From IMG/VR virus record IMGVR_UViG_3300032233_002382, positions 160,001 through 224,000 of that record: DNA of 64,000 nt, one strand, 5' to 3'. This stretch comes from a virus (taxonomy: Duplodnaviria; Caudoviricetes). A program made the translations under genes and the position numbers. The notes under the pieces are model-generated. The model was not told the origin of the DNA. It made no database searches and saw only the letters and a list, made by a program, of their open reading frames with translations. Position 1 is the first letter of the stretch. Each line of letters starts with the position of its first letter. Shown in pieces: positions 41,123-52,200 of the stretch.

Positions 41123-43371
41123 TATCCTATCGCGATCGTTGGTATGCCAAGAATCGGTATACCGGTTAAATAATCAATGTGAGGTCCTGGTACTGGACTA
41201 GGTATGCCCGCCACTGCGAACCCAACCGTAGCAGTACCGATCGCAGTAGTTGGAGCGGTGAACAGATTCAATGATGTACTAGAAATGGTAGTTGAAGCCG
41301 CCTGGATCGATACCGGACCAACTGGGGCAGCTAGTGACAAAGCACCGGATTTAACTGACACCGAGTAAGAACCAGTCGTAACGGAGGTATCTACCAAACC
41401 AGTAACGACCGACGTTAATATATTTCCGGTGGTAACCGAGTCGTCTATGCCAGTCCCTGCAACCACAGACCTCGTGATGCTCCCGGTCAAAACGGTAGTC
41501 TTATCTACGCCAGCTACAGTCGTTGCTTCTTTGCCGACCGCATAGTTACAAGTGACGCTCTGACCGTGATCATAAGACGCCTCACCAAGAATCACTGTGT
41601 TTGCAGCGCCTAATGACTTGATGCTCATGCCGGATTCACCAGCATTTTGTTCGATAGAACTACCAATAGCTATATTCCGACCACCTGCGCTACTAAGATG
41701 GTTCGCGCCAGCGACAGTCGAGATATTAGATGACGCAGATATGTTAGCGGCACCACCGAGTCGCCAGTCCAGGGTAGGCCTGCTGGTTTCATCATCATCT
41801 CCCAGGAACTTCCAAACTATGGGTCCAAAAAGAGTGATGTTTAACGAATTCCTATTACGATCTCGTCCAATTTCTAAATTCATGCCGCCCTGCAGTCTTA
41901 CATCTGCGCTAAGACCGGTATTATCGTCTCTTCCAATGTTCATTTTTACTAGGCCTGCGATGCTCGCATCAATACTCTGACCTAAGTCTTGACTAGTACG
42001 ACCCGTTGTTGTCTTCGGCACGCTCAGGAATACTTTCCCTTCCTTAGAAACGCCGAAGCTATATACGTTATCGGTGCGCGGAGATTTTATTCGATAGAGT
42101 CTCGCCAGGCCCATGGTGTCTGCGAGCTCGATACCATCCGGAGTCGATAAATCTAAGCTTTGCAGAGAAGCGGGAACCCCGAACGATCCGTCCTTGGGAC
42201 TATCAAACACATTCATACGTAGAATGCGCTTATATAAATCACGTCCTGGGCCAGAATAATCATTACCAACCACTGTTCCGTGAACATCTTCAATGTAGTA
42301 CGGCTTCTGGTCTATCTGAAACCCATCCACTTCCTCGGTAACCGATATAACCCCGTCACTCACATGGTTTAATTCTCGACGATCTTCAATATAGGCATAC
42401 AGAGAGTTAATAGGATTGTTTCCAATATCGCCCTGCATAACGTAGCTGGTTCGAACCCCAGCAGGATCGACTATAGAAGGGTATTCAAGCTCGGCTTGTT
42501 CATAAGAGTGCGTTCTGAAGCCGTCAGCATCTATAAGGTTTTGTTCTTTTAAATAGTCATATGCAGGCGAGGATTTAGGCACTGACTGATTAAACAGCCT
42601 TTTATCACCAGATGAACGAAGATTGTAGGAACTCGGAATGTTGGTTAAAGATGAAAGTGGATATATTTCTTGAGGGAGCGACAGCATTCCTCGTCTAATC
42701 ATACCTCTATAATAAGAACCAGCTGCGTTACTTACGTAATCATTTAGTGTGTTTAGAACGGACGTTTGATCACTATCACGGAGACGAATTTCCATACCAG
42801 ATCGCGATGTTAGCATTACATCGCGATCCAATAGGATGTCCGACCCATCTTTTGAAGTCGCAATATAATCGCCTTCATAAGCCTTACGATTCTTCAGTCG
42901 AACCGTATCCAGGAATAAGTTGGGATCATATTTTAGTTCAGGTCTTTTCGATAACAATGCATCTATTTGATTCTTGTCCGCAACAGCAACTGGATTATAG
43001 GAACGAGCAGGGTATAATCCTGGTGGCAAGCAAGTAATAATGACAGGATGTTGAGTATACATACCAAACGCGCGCCAGCCCAGAATAACCATCGAGCCAC
43101 GTTCGATAATGGAGCCAGAAAACGAACGAGGACCGCCACCAGACATCGGGATTTGAACGTCGTGCCATTGCTCATTTCCCGTTATGGCAGTGATCGAACA
43201 TCGCATCGACTCGACATCGACGTGTACGACGCGACCAATCCAGAGTAATTTCTTTGATTCAATATTACTAGTATCAGTGGCTTTCCGGGTGGCGCTTACT
43301 TTAGGGTTAGCAGCGCTTCTAGTAGGCTTATTCGCAAGCTTGCCTTGGTAGGAATCTTTCTTTTCGCCCAT
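41122..43371 (-). CDS. Central baseplate spike (gp5/gpV/VgrG C-half-like) (749 aa)
   Basis: N-terminal OB-fold pattern (WIGRVVHVD...GSMVILGW) and C-terminal V/T/S/G-rich beta-helix repeats. Confidence 0.75.
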   Translation of the reverse strand: MGEKKDSYQGKLANKPTRSAANPKVSATRKATDTSNIESKKLLWIGRVVHVDVESMRCSITAITGNEQWHDVQIPMSGGGPRSFSGSIIERGSMVILGWRAFGMYTQHPVIITCLPPGLYPARSYNPVAVADKNQIDALLSKRPELKYDPNLFLDTVRLKNRKAYEGDYIATSKDGSDILLDRDVMLTSRSGMEIRLRDSDQTSVLNTLNDYVSNAAGSYYRGMIRRGMLSLPQEIYPLSSLTNIPSSYNLRSSGDKRLFNQSVPKSSPAYDYLKEQNLIDADGFRTHSYEQAELEYPSIVDPAGVRTSYVMQGDIGNNPINSLYAYIEDRRELNHVSDGVISVTEEVDGFQIDQKPYYIEDVHGTVVGNDYSGPGRDLYKRILRMNVFDSPKDGSFGVPASLQSLDLSTPDGIELADTMGLARLYRIKSPRTDNVYSFGVSKEGKVFLSVPKTTTGRTSQDLGQSIDASIAGLVKMNIGRDDNTGLSADVRLQGGMNLEIGRDRNRNSLNITLFGPIVWKFLGDDDETSRPTLDWRLGGAANISASSNISTVAGANHLSSAGGRNIAIGSSIEQNAGESGMSIKSLGAANTVILGEASYDHGQSVTCNYAVGKEATTVAGVDKTTVLTGSITRSVVAGTGIDDSVTTGNILTSVVTGLVDTSVTTGSYSVSVKSGALSLAAPVGPVSIQAASTTISSTSLNLFTAPTTAIGTATVGFAVAGIPSPVPGPHIDYLTGIPILGIPTIAIG

Positions 43372-43378
43372 ATGTCAC

Positions 43379-46300
43379 CTACTTAGGAGTCTTGGAGGGG
43401 TCTATACCTACGGGCGGCACTGACCCACCAGCGGCGTCATAATACCCAGGGTTTATCAATTGCGAGAAAGATGGAGAATCAGGAGTGTTATTCACACTAC
43501 GTTTAAACGCAGTAACAGCATTATCTATGCCCGTTTTCATCTTTTCGAAAGCGGATGGAGTAAGACCAAAATTCCAGTTCGGATTATTATTCAAAGTCTT
43601 TAGCGCCGATATATCACCGTTGGCAGCCGCCTGGAAGAGGCTATACTCTTGAGGAGTGTAATTCTTAAAAGTGGGGTCAACTTCGTTGGTGTTTATTCCA
43701 TTTATTTCTACAGGAACGTTTCCTTGAGTATAACGTTGTTCCCGACCATTATTCGCTTTTAAACGGTCGCTGAAGGACTTACGAAGTTCCGCGTTGAGGG
43801 CGGCAAAGAACTGACCAGAAGTAATATTACCTTTAAATGCAACAGGTTTGGAACCTTCATCTCCAGTACTGGAGAAGAGCTCAGTATTTGATCTTGATTC
43901 ATCGACTGAAACCGAAGAGCTTGACCTGAGGACTTCAGCGATGGGGCTGTTACCTATAGAATCTCTGGCATCTTTGCTTGACTTCGCATATGTGCTGTCA
44001 CTCGAACCATTCACGATGCTTTCGATCACACTAGTCGGCAATACGTTTATCCAGTTAGGTCTGCCTAAGCCACAAGAGCAATCGGCAACGAATTGAGATA
44101 AGCCGCTATTGTCGACGGTTGGCGATAATTCAGTTAGAGCTTTAGCTGAGAGAACGGCGTCTGCTTCTACGAATGCAGTATTACCATTTCCTGATTTCAT
44201 ATCATTAAATGTTTGCCTACTCGTCAGTGTGACAGAAGTAGTATCAATAGTCACTGGTCCTGTCACAGGCAGATTGGTAAACGTAGCGCCCGTTTGCCAA
44301 TCTTCCGTAGTCATTTTCTCGAGAGATTTTGCGAAGTCCGAAGGAGATGAGTCACCAGACGCAGATGTTGGAGTGGATACCGAATCAGTTAGTAAATTTC
44401 CGGTCGGCGCAAATTGAACAGTAAGATTGTTTGTCGGGGAGTCATTTTTAGCCAGTCTATCCAGATCGATCTTTGAGGCTCTACCATATCGATAATGACC
44501 GACTACTTCAAATCCAAACTCATCGCTGACGGGTCTTATGATAAGTTGTAAAGACGGCAGAGATTCAGACACCTCCTGCCGCTTAAGAAGAGCATTTAAG
44601 TTAGCATTAGCCTTTTTTAAAGCCTCTTCTGCTGCCTTCGATTTTGCAGGATCTTCCTTTTTGGTCTTAGCCGCCTCAGCGGATGCAGTTGAGGCCGCAG
44701 CAACCGCCTTCTTGGCAGTGACTATATTCTTTGATAAATTGGCACTAGCTTGCTTACTCGCGGCAGTTTGCGTAATCGGCTCAGCAGAACCGTCAGCAGT
44801 GCTATAAACTATAGACTCAGCCGGAACCATCTGGAATTCCTTAATTAGACCAGATTTATCCCAGGCATAGTCATAGATACCGGCATTCGTGGCTGCAGCT
44901 TCATATCGGTGCTGCCTTATTCGGCCGATTAATTGTTGTCTTTCGGCATTCTGGAGCACATTAACTACATCGGATTGTAACTGGCTCATTCGGGCAGCGC
45001 GATCCTTTGATTTTTTCTGGTCAGTCTTTACTGCTGCAGTTACAGGAGCACCAGCATTCAACAAAGCTTTTGCCAAAGTCTCGCCACTGAGCGTCTTACG
45101 GAATACCATGACAACATTCGGATATCCTAGCAACTTTCCAGTTTTCGGGTGCCTTAGGATCACCGGTTCATTTGGATTCGGCCCAGGGTTTTCACTTTGA
45201 GAGTACGCCTGACCAGTCGTAGTACCGCCACCATCCGGAAATGACACTTTATATGAGGGTATTTTGATAGTGGCTGTCTTTCCGTCTGGATTCGTAGGAG
45301 GTTTCGGGGCACCCTTAGGCTTCGGGCCGTTGAAAACGTATCTGACCGGAACTTCAACGTCTTGACCGCGCTCCATAATACCGATGTTCTTTGGTGCTAT
45401 AAATTTACCACGCTTGCCCGACACAGTAACGGTTGTAGTGGCCGAACCGCCTACTGAATAGGAGTGAGAAATCGCGGTTATATAAAAGAAAGAGTCATAC
45501 TTTTCAACATAGATGGGGAAACCCATTCGAAGCTCGGGTCTCATCGGGATTTGGAAGTTCCCAGTAACACGCTTAGCGTTAATACGATCTAAAAGGTCTA
45601 CGAGATAGAAAAAGAGCTTCTTAGCGTTTGAAGCCCATGCTGACTGCTGCTCATGCTTACGCCATCCGTATCTACGTAGTAAGTGATAGTCAAAAACGCC
45701 AGTATTAGCGGCAGTAATTTCATCATTTAGGCCGACATCCATCAACCCGCCGTACGCGTTGGCTGACCCGGTCATGTGAGTGACGACTTCGGCTTCAGAA
45801 TCAGTAATGCTATCTTCAATTAATTCGAAATTCTGGATCCAAGAAACAGGTTTATTAGGAAGAACGTTTAAGTTAAAGAACGGCGGCTTGAATATTATCT
45901 CTCCAGTCGTGTCGCAATAAAATTCATACCCAATCTGATCGCGGGCTTCAAGCGCTATTTCAAGCTTTGTCTTAGAATTTGTCTGGAAAAAATCAACATC
46001 CGCCGCACGAGAAAGCTCCTGCCTAGCAAAAGCGGTCTCGGCCACGTCTGTTCTAAGTGTGTTCGATTCTTGTGATTGATTCTTGCTAAATTCGAATTCA
46101 GACTCAAAAATCTTCTGACTAAAGGCGATGGGTGATACAGTCGCGCCCAGTGTATTCGTGGTATAAAGCTGACCGGAAGCTCCATAGATTACAAAATTAT
46201 TCCATATCCGACCGAATTTTGCCTGCCAATAGACCATGACATCAGTTAGCGTGCTAGATGTATAGTCTTTTTCAATCCCGTTTTCCGGTGTAAATTTAGG

Positions 46301-46903
46301 ACCAAAGGAACCGGTCGTAAACATAAAATCGCCCATTGCTTCACGTGCTAACTGAATCACAACCGCGATAGGATTCATTGCTGCAAATTGATTGGCATAC
46401 ATCTGCCAGCCCTGCGTGCTCGTTCCGGTGGGGTTCAACCAAGCTGTGCTTAACACAGTTTGAGTAAGCTCCCACCATCTTAGAATGTCTCGACATTGTA
46501 TTGAAATCGAAGTCACACCATTAGACCATGAAGACTGAACGCTGCTGACTAACCCCCAAAACACTTTGTAGTATTGAGGCAACCCACCTACCAAGTAGTA
46601 ACCTTTCGCATATATCTCGACTTCCATCATGGGAATAACCATAAATTGGTTTTCCACGTAAAAATTGTTTACGTCATTATCGGGGATTGTTAGCGATATA
46701 GTCGCGCTTCCAGGCGGAGAATCAACAGATGCTTCAACGCTGACCGACGTGATATAATCGTTTAAATTCACACGCTTTTTACACTCTCCACATCCGATAA
46801 CTGTCGTTTCTCCCTGGATAGCTACATACATGTCTGGAGCAAGCGCTACGAATGGGCGACGATTTGGAGTATATGTACCGGACCAAGCCGAAGTCCTACT
46901 CAT
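43379..46903 (-). CDS. Baseplate hub protein (T4 gp27 / Mu gp44-like) with long C-terminal extension (1174 aa)
   Basis: ITSVSVEASVDSPPGSATISL, GYEFYCDTTGEIIFKPP and RPELRMGFP...FYITAISHSY match hub proteins; located before the spike. Confidence 0.75.
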   Translation of the reverse strand: MSRTSAWSGTYTPNRRPFVALAPDMYVAIQGETTVIGCGECKKRVNLNDYITSVSVEASVDSPPGSATISLTIPDNDVNNFYVENQFMVIPMMEVEIYAKGYYLVGGLPQYYKVFWGLVSSVQSSWSNGVTSISIQCRDILRWWELTQTVLSTAWLNPTGTSTQGWQMYANQFAAMNPIAVVIQLAREAMGDFMFTTGSFGPKFTPENGIEKDYTSSTLTDVMVYWQAKFGRIWNNFVIYGASGQLYTTNTLGATVSPIAFSQKIFESEFEFSKNQSQESNTLRTDVAETAFARQELSRAADVDFFQTNSKTKLEIALEARDQIGYEFYCDTTGEIIFKPPFFNLNVLPNKPVSWIQNFELIEDSITDSEAEVVTHMTGSANAYGGLMDVGLNDEITAANTGVFDYHLLRRYGWRKHEQQSAWASNAKKLFFYLVDLLDRINAKRVTGNFQIPMRPELRMGFPIYVEKYDSFFYITAISHSYSVGGSATTTVTVSGKRGKFIAPKNIGIMERGQDVEVPVRYVFNGPKPKGAPKPPTNPDGKTATIKIPSYKVSFPDGGGTTTGQAYSQSENPGPNPNEPVILRHPKTGKLLGYPNVVMVFRKTLSGETLAKALLNAGAPVTAAVKTDQKKSKDRAARMSQLQSDVVNVLQNAERQQLIGRIRQHRYEAAATNAGIYDYAWDKSGLIKEFQMVPAESIVYSTADGSAEPITQTAASKQASANLSKNIVTAKKAVAAASTASAEAAKTKKEDPAKSKAAEEALKKANANLNALLKRQEVSESLPSLQLIIRPVSDEFGFEVVGHYRYGRASKIDLDRLAKNDSPTNNLTVQFAPTGNLLTDSVSTPTSASGDSSPSDFAKSLEKMTTEDWQTGATFTNLPVTGPVTIDTTSVTLTSRQTFNDMKSGNGNTAFVEADAVLSAKALTELSPTVDNSGLSQFVADCSCGLGRPNWINVLPTSVIESIVNGSSDSTYAKSSKDARDSIGNSPIAEVLRSSSSVSVDESRSNTELFSSTGDEGSKPVAFKGNITSGQFFAALNAELRKSFSDRLKANNGREQRYTQGNVPVEINGINTNEVDPTFKNYTPQEYSLFQAAANGDISALKTLNNNPNWNFGLTPSAFEKMKTGIDNAVTAFKRSVNNTPDSPSFSQLINPGYYDAAGGSVPPVGIDPSKTPK

Positions 46904-48660
46904 TGTTCTACCCCCTGCTCATACGCTTGAACTTCGTACCGACATGTGAAATTGAAATCGTAGCTTAGGTTATGGGGCTTATCTGCCGTATCACTAACCG
47001 TAAAGCTATCAAACGAACCAACGTAAATTCGACCATCATAGTATATGTAGCAGGATAAAGGATAAATCGGAATACCACCGTTACCATTCATTTCAGTCGG
47101 ATCTGTGTACATAATGCCGTTGGTCTTGTAAATTGATACCATTTGCATCAAATTCTGATATGAGACCGAGTAAATGCGATTAATATTCGTTAGTCCTCCT
47201 TGCGGCTTCGATGAACCGTCAACGAAGAACTGAGCCGGAGTAGAACCACTGGCCGAAATACTTAAAGGCTGCTCGTTCCACATGCTCACAATGCTTCCAC
47301 GCCGACCTTTGGCCACATCGACTGTGGCTGCATACGAACGCGAAAAAGAGGCGGGGTTTACTATGAAATAAATCGGACTTAAGTTAGAATAAGCGATAAT
47401 CTGATTGTTTACGCTCTGAATCAAACGCTGAATCGATTTCATCTGACGAGTGGCATCGATCGCATTACTACTACCAAGAGAAGCCGCAGGATTAGTAGCA
47501 TTAAATGTCACATCGGTACCGAAAATAGATGCCGTTCTAAAGCCGTTCGTAGCTGCTTCAGTAAGACCTGTTGTAGCGCTAACACCGGTAGTCAGTTCGA
47601 GTCTCCTGCGATTTATGGCTTCGACTAGATCTTGATAAGCTTTCGTTCCCTTCATCTCTTCTGTTCTAGCGCCCAGGTCACCTACCGTAACGCTTCCTCT
47701 GCGACTCTTGTCTAGACTATTTACGAAGTCATAGGCGCGCTGCTCCAATACTACGGTTTGATCATAACCAGGATCGCCCGGTTTAGCCGGTCTAGCTTGG
47801 TCTGAACGTTGTGTGTAAGTGGAGTCCTGCTTTCTTCCATTCCCGAACAAAGTCCAACCTGTGGAAGTCGACTGACCCACTAATTCATCATTGGGACCAA
47901 AATCGACCTTTCCGGGAGCATTCAATGTATTAGGGATTTCTAATTCACCAGACGGCCTTACTTTGTACTTCGAATCGCCGATTTTATCTGGAGGCACTCC
48001 GGCCGAAGCTGAATACATGTTTTGGGCGCTTAAAGGCCATTCATTGCCATCTACTTGGTTGTACAGGTATTCGGATGCTATGGAAATTTGGTCTGCCGCA
48101 TTACCACTATCAAGCGCCGAAGCCCAACGTTTTCCAGCGGACTCTCCGAGGGTTGCAGCCACTTGACTGGCGGACAATCCCACGATGCCGCCAACCGGTG
48201 CTTCGCCAGCATCTAAGGGTAAATTCAGCATCGAAGATTTTGAATCAGCGCCGGAACTCGCAAGTAAGACCGCAGCCAACTCCTCAGGAGGCAACTTCGA
48301 ATTCAGAATCGCATCTAAAGCTGCCTTATCTTTAGACAACTCATCCACGTTTGCTTCAGCTTTATACTTGAAACCGAATTTAGGATCAGTTGTGTTTACG
48401 GGCTGAATTTGTTTATCGGTAATTTGATTACCAGGCGTATATTTGATAGCCATGAAATCTACGAGCTTTTGCGGCGGGATAACTCCGATGATCATTAAAT
48501 TCCGGTTTTTATCTATATTTTCATTTACGCCCCTGGGTTGATAGGCCCGTAAAACGGTAGGCGTAAAGGACAACTGCTTATTGATAGTATTCGCAAACTT
48601 TTCTAGCTCTTGAGCCTTCGAGTTAGCGACGATCTTCTTCACAGTGTCGTTTAAAGCCAT
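46900..48660 (-). CDS. Tube-initiator-like protein with a degenerate lysozyme-like N-terminal domain (586 aa)
   Basis: C-terminal ~170 aa aligns by eye with 48663..49265; N-terminal LAAVLLASSG...DQISIASEYL...NMYSA segment. Confidence 0.55.
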   Translation of the reverse strand: MALNDTVKKIVANSKAQELEKFANTINKQLSFTPTVLRAYQPRGVNENIDKNRNLMIIGVIPPQKLVDFMAIKYTPGNQITDKQIQPVNTTDPKFGFKYKAEANVDELSKDKAALDAILNSKLPPEELAAVLLASSGADSKSSMLNLPLDAGEAPVGGIVGLSASQVAATLGESAGKRWASALDSGNAADQISIASEYLYNQVDGNEWPLSAQNMYSASAGVPPDKIGDSKYKVRPSGELEIPNTLNAPGKVDFGPNDELVGQSTSTGWTLFGNGRKQDSTYTQRSDQARPAKPGDPGYDQTVVLEQRAYDFVNSLDKSRRGSVTVGDLGARTEEMKGTKAYQDLVEAINRRRLELTTGVSATTGLTEAATNGFRTASIFGTDVTFNATNPAASLGSSNAIDATRQMKSIQRLIQSVNNQIIAYSNLSPIYFIVNPASFSRSYAATVDVAKGRRGSIVSMWNEQPLSISASGSTPAQFFVDGSSKPQGGLTNINRIYSVSYQNLMQMVSIYKTNGIMYTDPTEMNGNGGIPIYPLSCYIYYDGRIYVGSFDSFTVSDTADKPHNLSYDFNFTCRYEVQAYEQGVEQ

Positions 48661-48662
48661 GG

Positions 48663-49265
48663 CTAGCCCACTTTCACGGGGAATTTATAAATGAGACGCT
48701 CGACTTTAAACTCCCAATTTAACTTAAACTGAAAAGGATTTTCCTCTTCTTCCGCGACCTCGAATGTACTAAAGAATCCCCCGAATACTCCTCGATCGTA
48801 AATGCAGATGACTCTGCCACGAATAGCCGGGATACCTTTTGAATCGTAAACCATCCCGTTACTATGAAATAAGTCTAAGAGGTCTTGAAAACGTTCATAA
48901 GCTATCGTGCTGGAACGACCCGGTTCGTATCCAGAAACCGATAGTCCTGGGCGTGCCGAAGTAAGACCCACTTTGGGCGCGATAAATGCTCCGGTTGATG
49001 CAGATGCGGAAATCGAGTCCAATTCATCAGGCCAGTGATATTCGACAAACCCACCATAAGTCATAGTCACGTTCTTAACTTTAGACATTCTCTCTTCTAC
49101 GGAGTTAGGATTTATGTGTAACGCGAGAGCCACGTCATATAAAGGTATGTTCGAGTTCGGCTCCGTCACGGTGAATAAGAATGGTCGACCCTTAGAGGCG
49201 ACCTCATAGTTAAAGGCGTCGCCTATACTTGGATTAGGAATAGAAGGTATCGAAGCTCGTGCCAC
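48663..49265 (-). CDS. Tail tube initiator / baseplate gp48-gp54-like protein (200 aa)
   Basis: LHINPNSV...HWPDELDSISASAST...FFSTFEVAE; canonical position after the tape measure gene. Confidence 0.6.
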   Translation of the reverse strand: MARASIPSIPNPSIGDAFNYEVASKGRPFLFTVTEPNSNIPLYDVALALHINPNSVEERMSKVKNVTMTYGGFVEYHWPDELDSISASASTGAFIAPKVGLTSARPGLSVSGYEPGRSSTIAYERFQDLLDLFHSNGMVYDSKGIPAIRGRVICIYDRGVFGGFFSTFEVAEEEENPFQFKLNWEFKVERLIYKFPVKVG

Positions 49266-49276
49266 GCCAACCCCCT

Positions 49277-52200
49277 CTAGCCAGTAGGCTCACCTGCCTG
49301 AGCTTTCTTTTCGATCGCTTTATTAAACATGTCGGCAAACTGTTCCGGATCACTAATGCTGCCACCATTTATAGTAACATGATAAGTACGAGCGCCAGAT
49401 TTTAAGGACTCGAGCATTTTCTCATTCGTAACGCCTGCACCTCGCATGGTCGCCATCGAGGTGGTCATATCTTTAAATCCACTGAATCCGTATGTTCCTC
49501 CGCCGCCAATACCGGCTGCCATTGTAGCGGCGAAAGCAGGATCAGATTGAGATTTCGCTAGGAGCATGGCATGCCGCACCAAAGGATCTTCGACACCCTC
49601 ACGAACCGATTCAGTAATTATCTTATGCCAAGCAGTCTTGATGGGCGCGGGGACTTTTCTCTGGTTATCCTGTGCGGTTTCCGCGAGAGCTTCGGTACTG
49701 GCTTGAGTAGCCGATGCGGCGGCTGCGGTCATGGTCTGCGCTTCAGCAGCCGTGGCAGTATTAGCGGCGGTTGTCTGAGCGGCGGCTGCAGACGATGCAG
49801 CACTTGGAGCACTTGGAGCAGCACCGGCCGCAGCCTGTGCTGCAGGCAAGGAAGCAAGCACGTCCTGACCAGCCTCATACCTAGTATCACCAAGCGTGTT
49901 GAAAGCTTTGCTACGAGCAGCTAACTTCCGGTGCAATTTGGTTTCTTGGTCCGTAATCAGCTCTTCAGGGCGAGTGCTCGAACCAGCAACTTTCGCTGCC
50001 ATCTTTACTCGTGCAGAAGCTTGAAGATTACCCATTTTCTCCGCATATTCCTGCAAGGCACCTTTTACTATGTCTTCGGATACTCCCGCTTTTTTAGCTT
50101 CCGCTACTGCGCCTTGAATGTCTCCGGATTCTAAGTAAGTTTTAAACGCCTGTCGGTACTCCTCCATTGCTTCCGCATTCGAGGCCATACCTCCAGTACC
50201 ATAAATACCACCACCTGCTTTGGCACTTATGCCCCTGGACATCATGGAAGCCATTGCATCGGCAGCTTCAATCACATAGCCGCTCTTCGATGCTTTGAAA
50301 TCAATCTGTTTTTCCATGATTTCGGCCAAGCTCTCTGTATCATATCCTCTGGCAACCGCTGCGTGTAATTCTTGGCCTCGTATTTTAGCTTCTGATGCAG
50401 TGGACTCAGAAGTACCGGTTTCAGCTCCTTCCATCGCTTTCGTGAAATTCATCAGATTTTCATGCTGTATGCTACCTTCTTTACTATCACTTATCCATTC
50501 GAAGACATCATTTAAGACATCAAGGATTGGCTGGAAAACACCATATATTTTCTCTAATAAGAACGCAATAACGTTGCTGAGTTTATCCGATATGGACATC
50601 GTAGCTTTCGCTTGTTCTTTCGCCATTAGCTTCGCATCATCCATCGGATCTACCAACGCTTCAGTATTCATTAAGGCAGCTTTTACCATTGCTTCCTTAA
50701 CATTTTCTTTTAAGAATTTTCTTAAAGCTTCAGGACCTTCTTTAGCAGCTGCGGCATAACCTGCACCAAGTTTTTTATCGTTTGAGACCATTTTTAACAA
50801 AACAGCGTCAGCCTCTTTCGATCCAGTTCTTAAGTCATCATGCCAGCTCTGCAAAGATGCATTCATGGTGCTGTAATACTGCTTCATGGCTTGAATCTGT
50901 TCCTGCGAATAACCTCTTTGCTCGGCCACATGTTCTTTAATACCTACAAGTTTTCCACCTACGAACGCACCAATTTCCTTACCCATTAATTCAAATGCAG
51001 TTCCTTGTGACACACCTTCTAGGCTGCTAGCGATTTTTGTAGCGTCGCCGCTTGCGGCAAGCACATAATTTTCGAAAATCTTAAGAGTTTCGCCATATTG
51101 AGTCGCGTCCATTTCTCCTGAGGCTTTTAAATCATTCAGTGATTTTACAAATTCCTTACGGCCCGACTCCCCCTTCTTTAAGAGCTCCACCATTCTTGCG
51201 CCGTGCTTTGAATTTGCAGAAAGTTTATTGATCATGTCTTCCTGAACCATCTTACTGGTAGTACCTGCACCAACGATTAGAGTGGTCTGGAGTTTTTGCT
51301 GAAAAGACCTTCCGCGAAACATATTTTTAAACGCCATCATGAATCTCTCGACATCTTTCGGGCTCATGGATTTACTTAAAAATTTCATGGTGCCTATCAG
51401 GTTCTCTATTCGATTTTCAAATAAATCGACATCTGGTATTACCTTGTTAAAAATATTCATGAACTTTTCTACAGGCATACCAGCGTTAGAGACTGTGAAA
51501 ACAATGTCGTTCATGAGTCGTTGAGTATCTTTAGCAGCATATCCCGCTTCACTTCTGAACTTGCCCATCATTTCCGCTACGGCGGTAGATTCCATATTTA
51601 AGGCAGCACCATATACAACCGCTCGCTCAGAGAATTCCTTGATACCACCATCCATGCTTGATAATGTTGCTTGCGTCCTGATCAATGAACCGGTCGTGGC
51701 TCTAGTATAGGCATTAATGACACCTGCCGTGTCCTTTGATGTTTTTCCGTATTGTAATAAAGCACCAGCTGAGTCAATAGAGGCTTGTCGAAGACCCTTG
51801 ATCGCATTTGAGTAGTCGGCACTATCGCCAGTCATATCATTTAGAAAGGCGGTCCCACTAACCAAAGTTTTATTCAACTCCGTCATATGATCGCTTGCGG
51901 CTAGCAAAATCTGAACGAAGGAAGTGATCGCTCCAGCCGCCATCGACATCGCTGGACCAAATTTTGTGACCATTCCGATTACTTTGTCCATACCTCCGAT
52001 GCCCATGCTAGAAGCTGCACCGGCAACCAGTTTTCCTGCACCACCGGCAGCCTGAGCCACTCCACCCAAAGCGCCAGCGCCCTTGGTAGTCAATGCCTTG
52101 CTTATGCCACCAGTAATTCCTTTTACAGTATCAGCACCTTTTCCACCGGCCGAAAATGAAGCTTCCTCTCGAAGATTCTTAATTTTTGATTTTGTTAGAG

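Noticed and set aside
49680-49860. Ala-rich low-complexity tract near the TMP C-terminus as a distinct element
   Set aside because: Consistent with an ordinary flexible linker; only a short GCACTTGGA duplication at DNA level.
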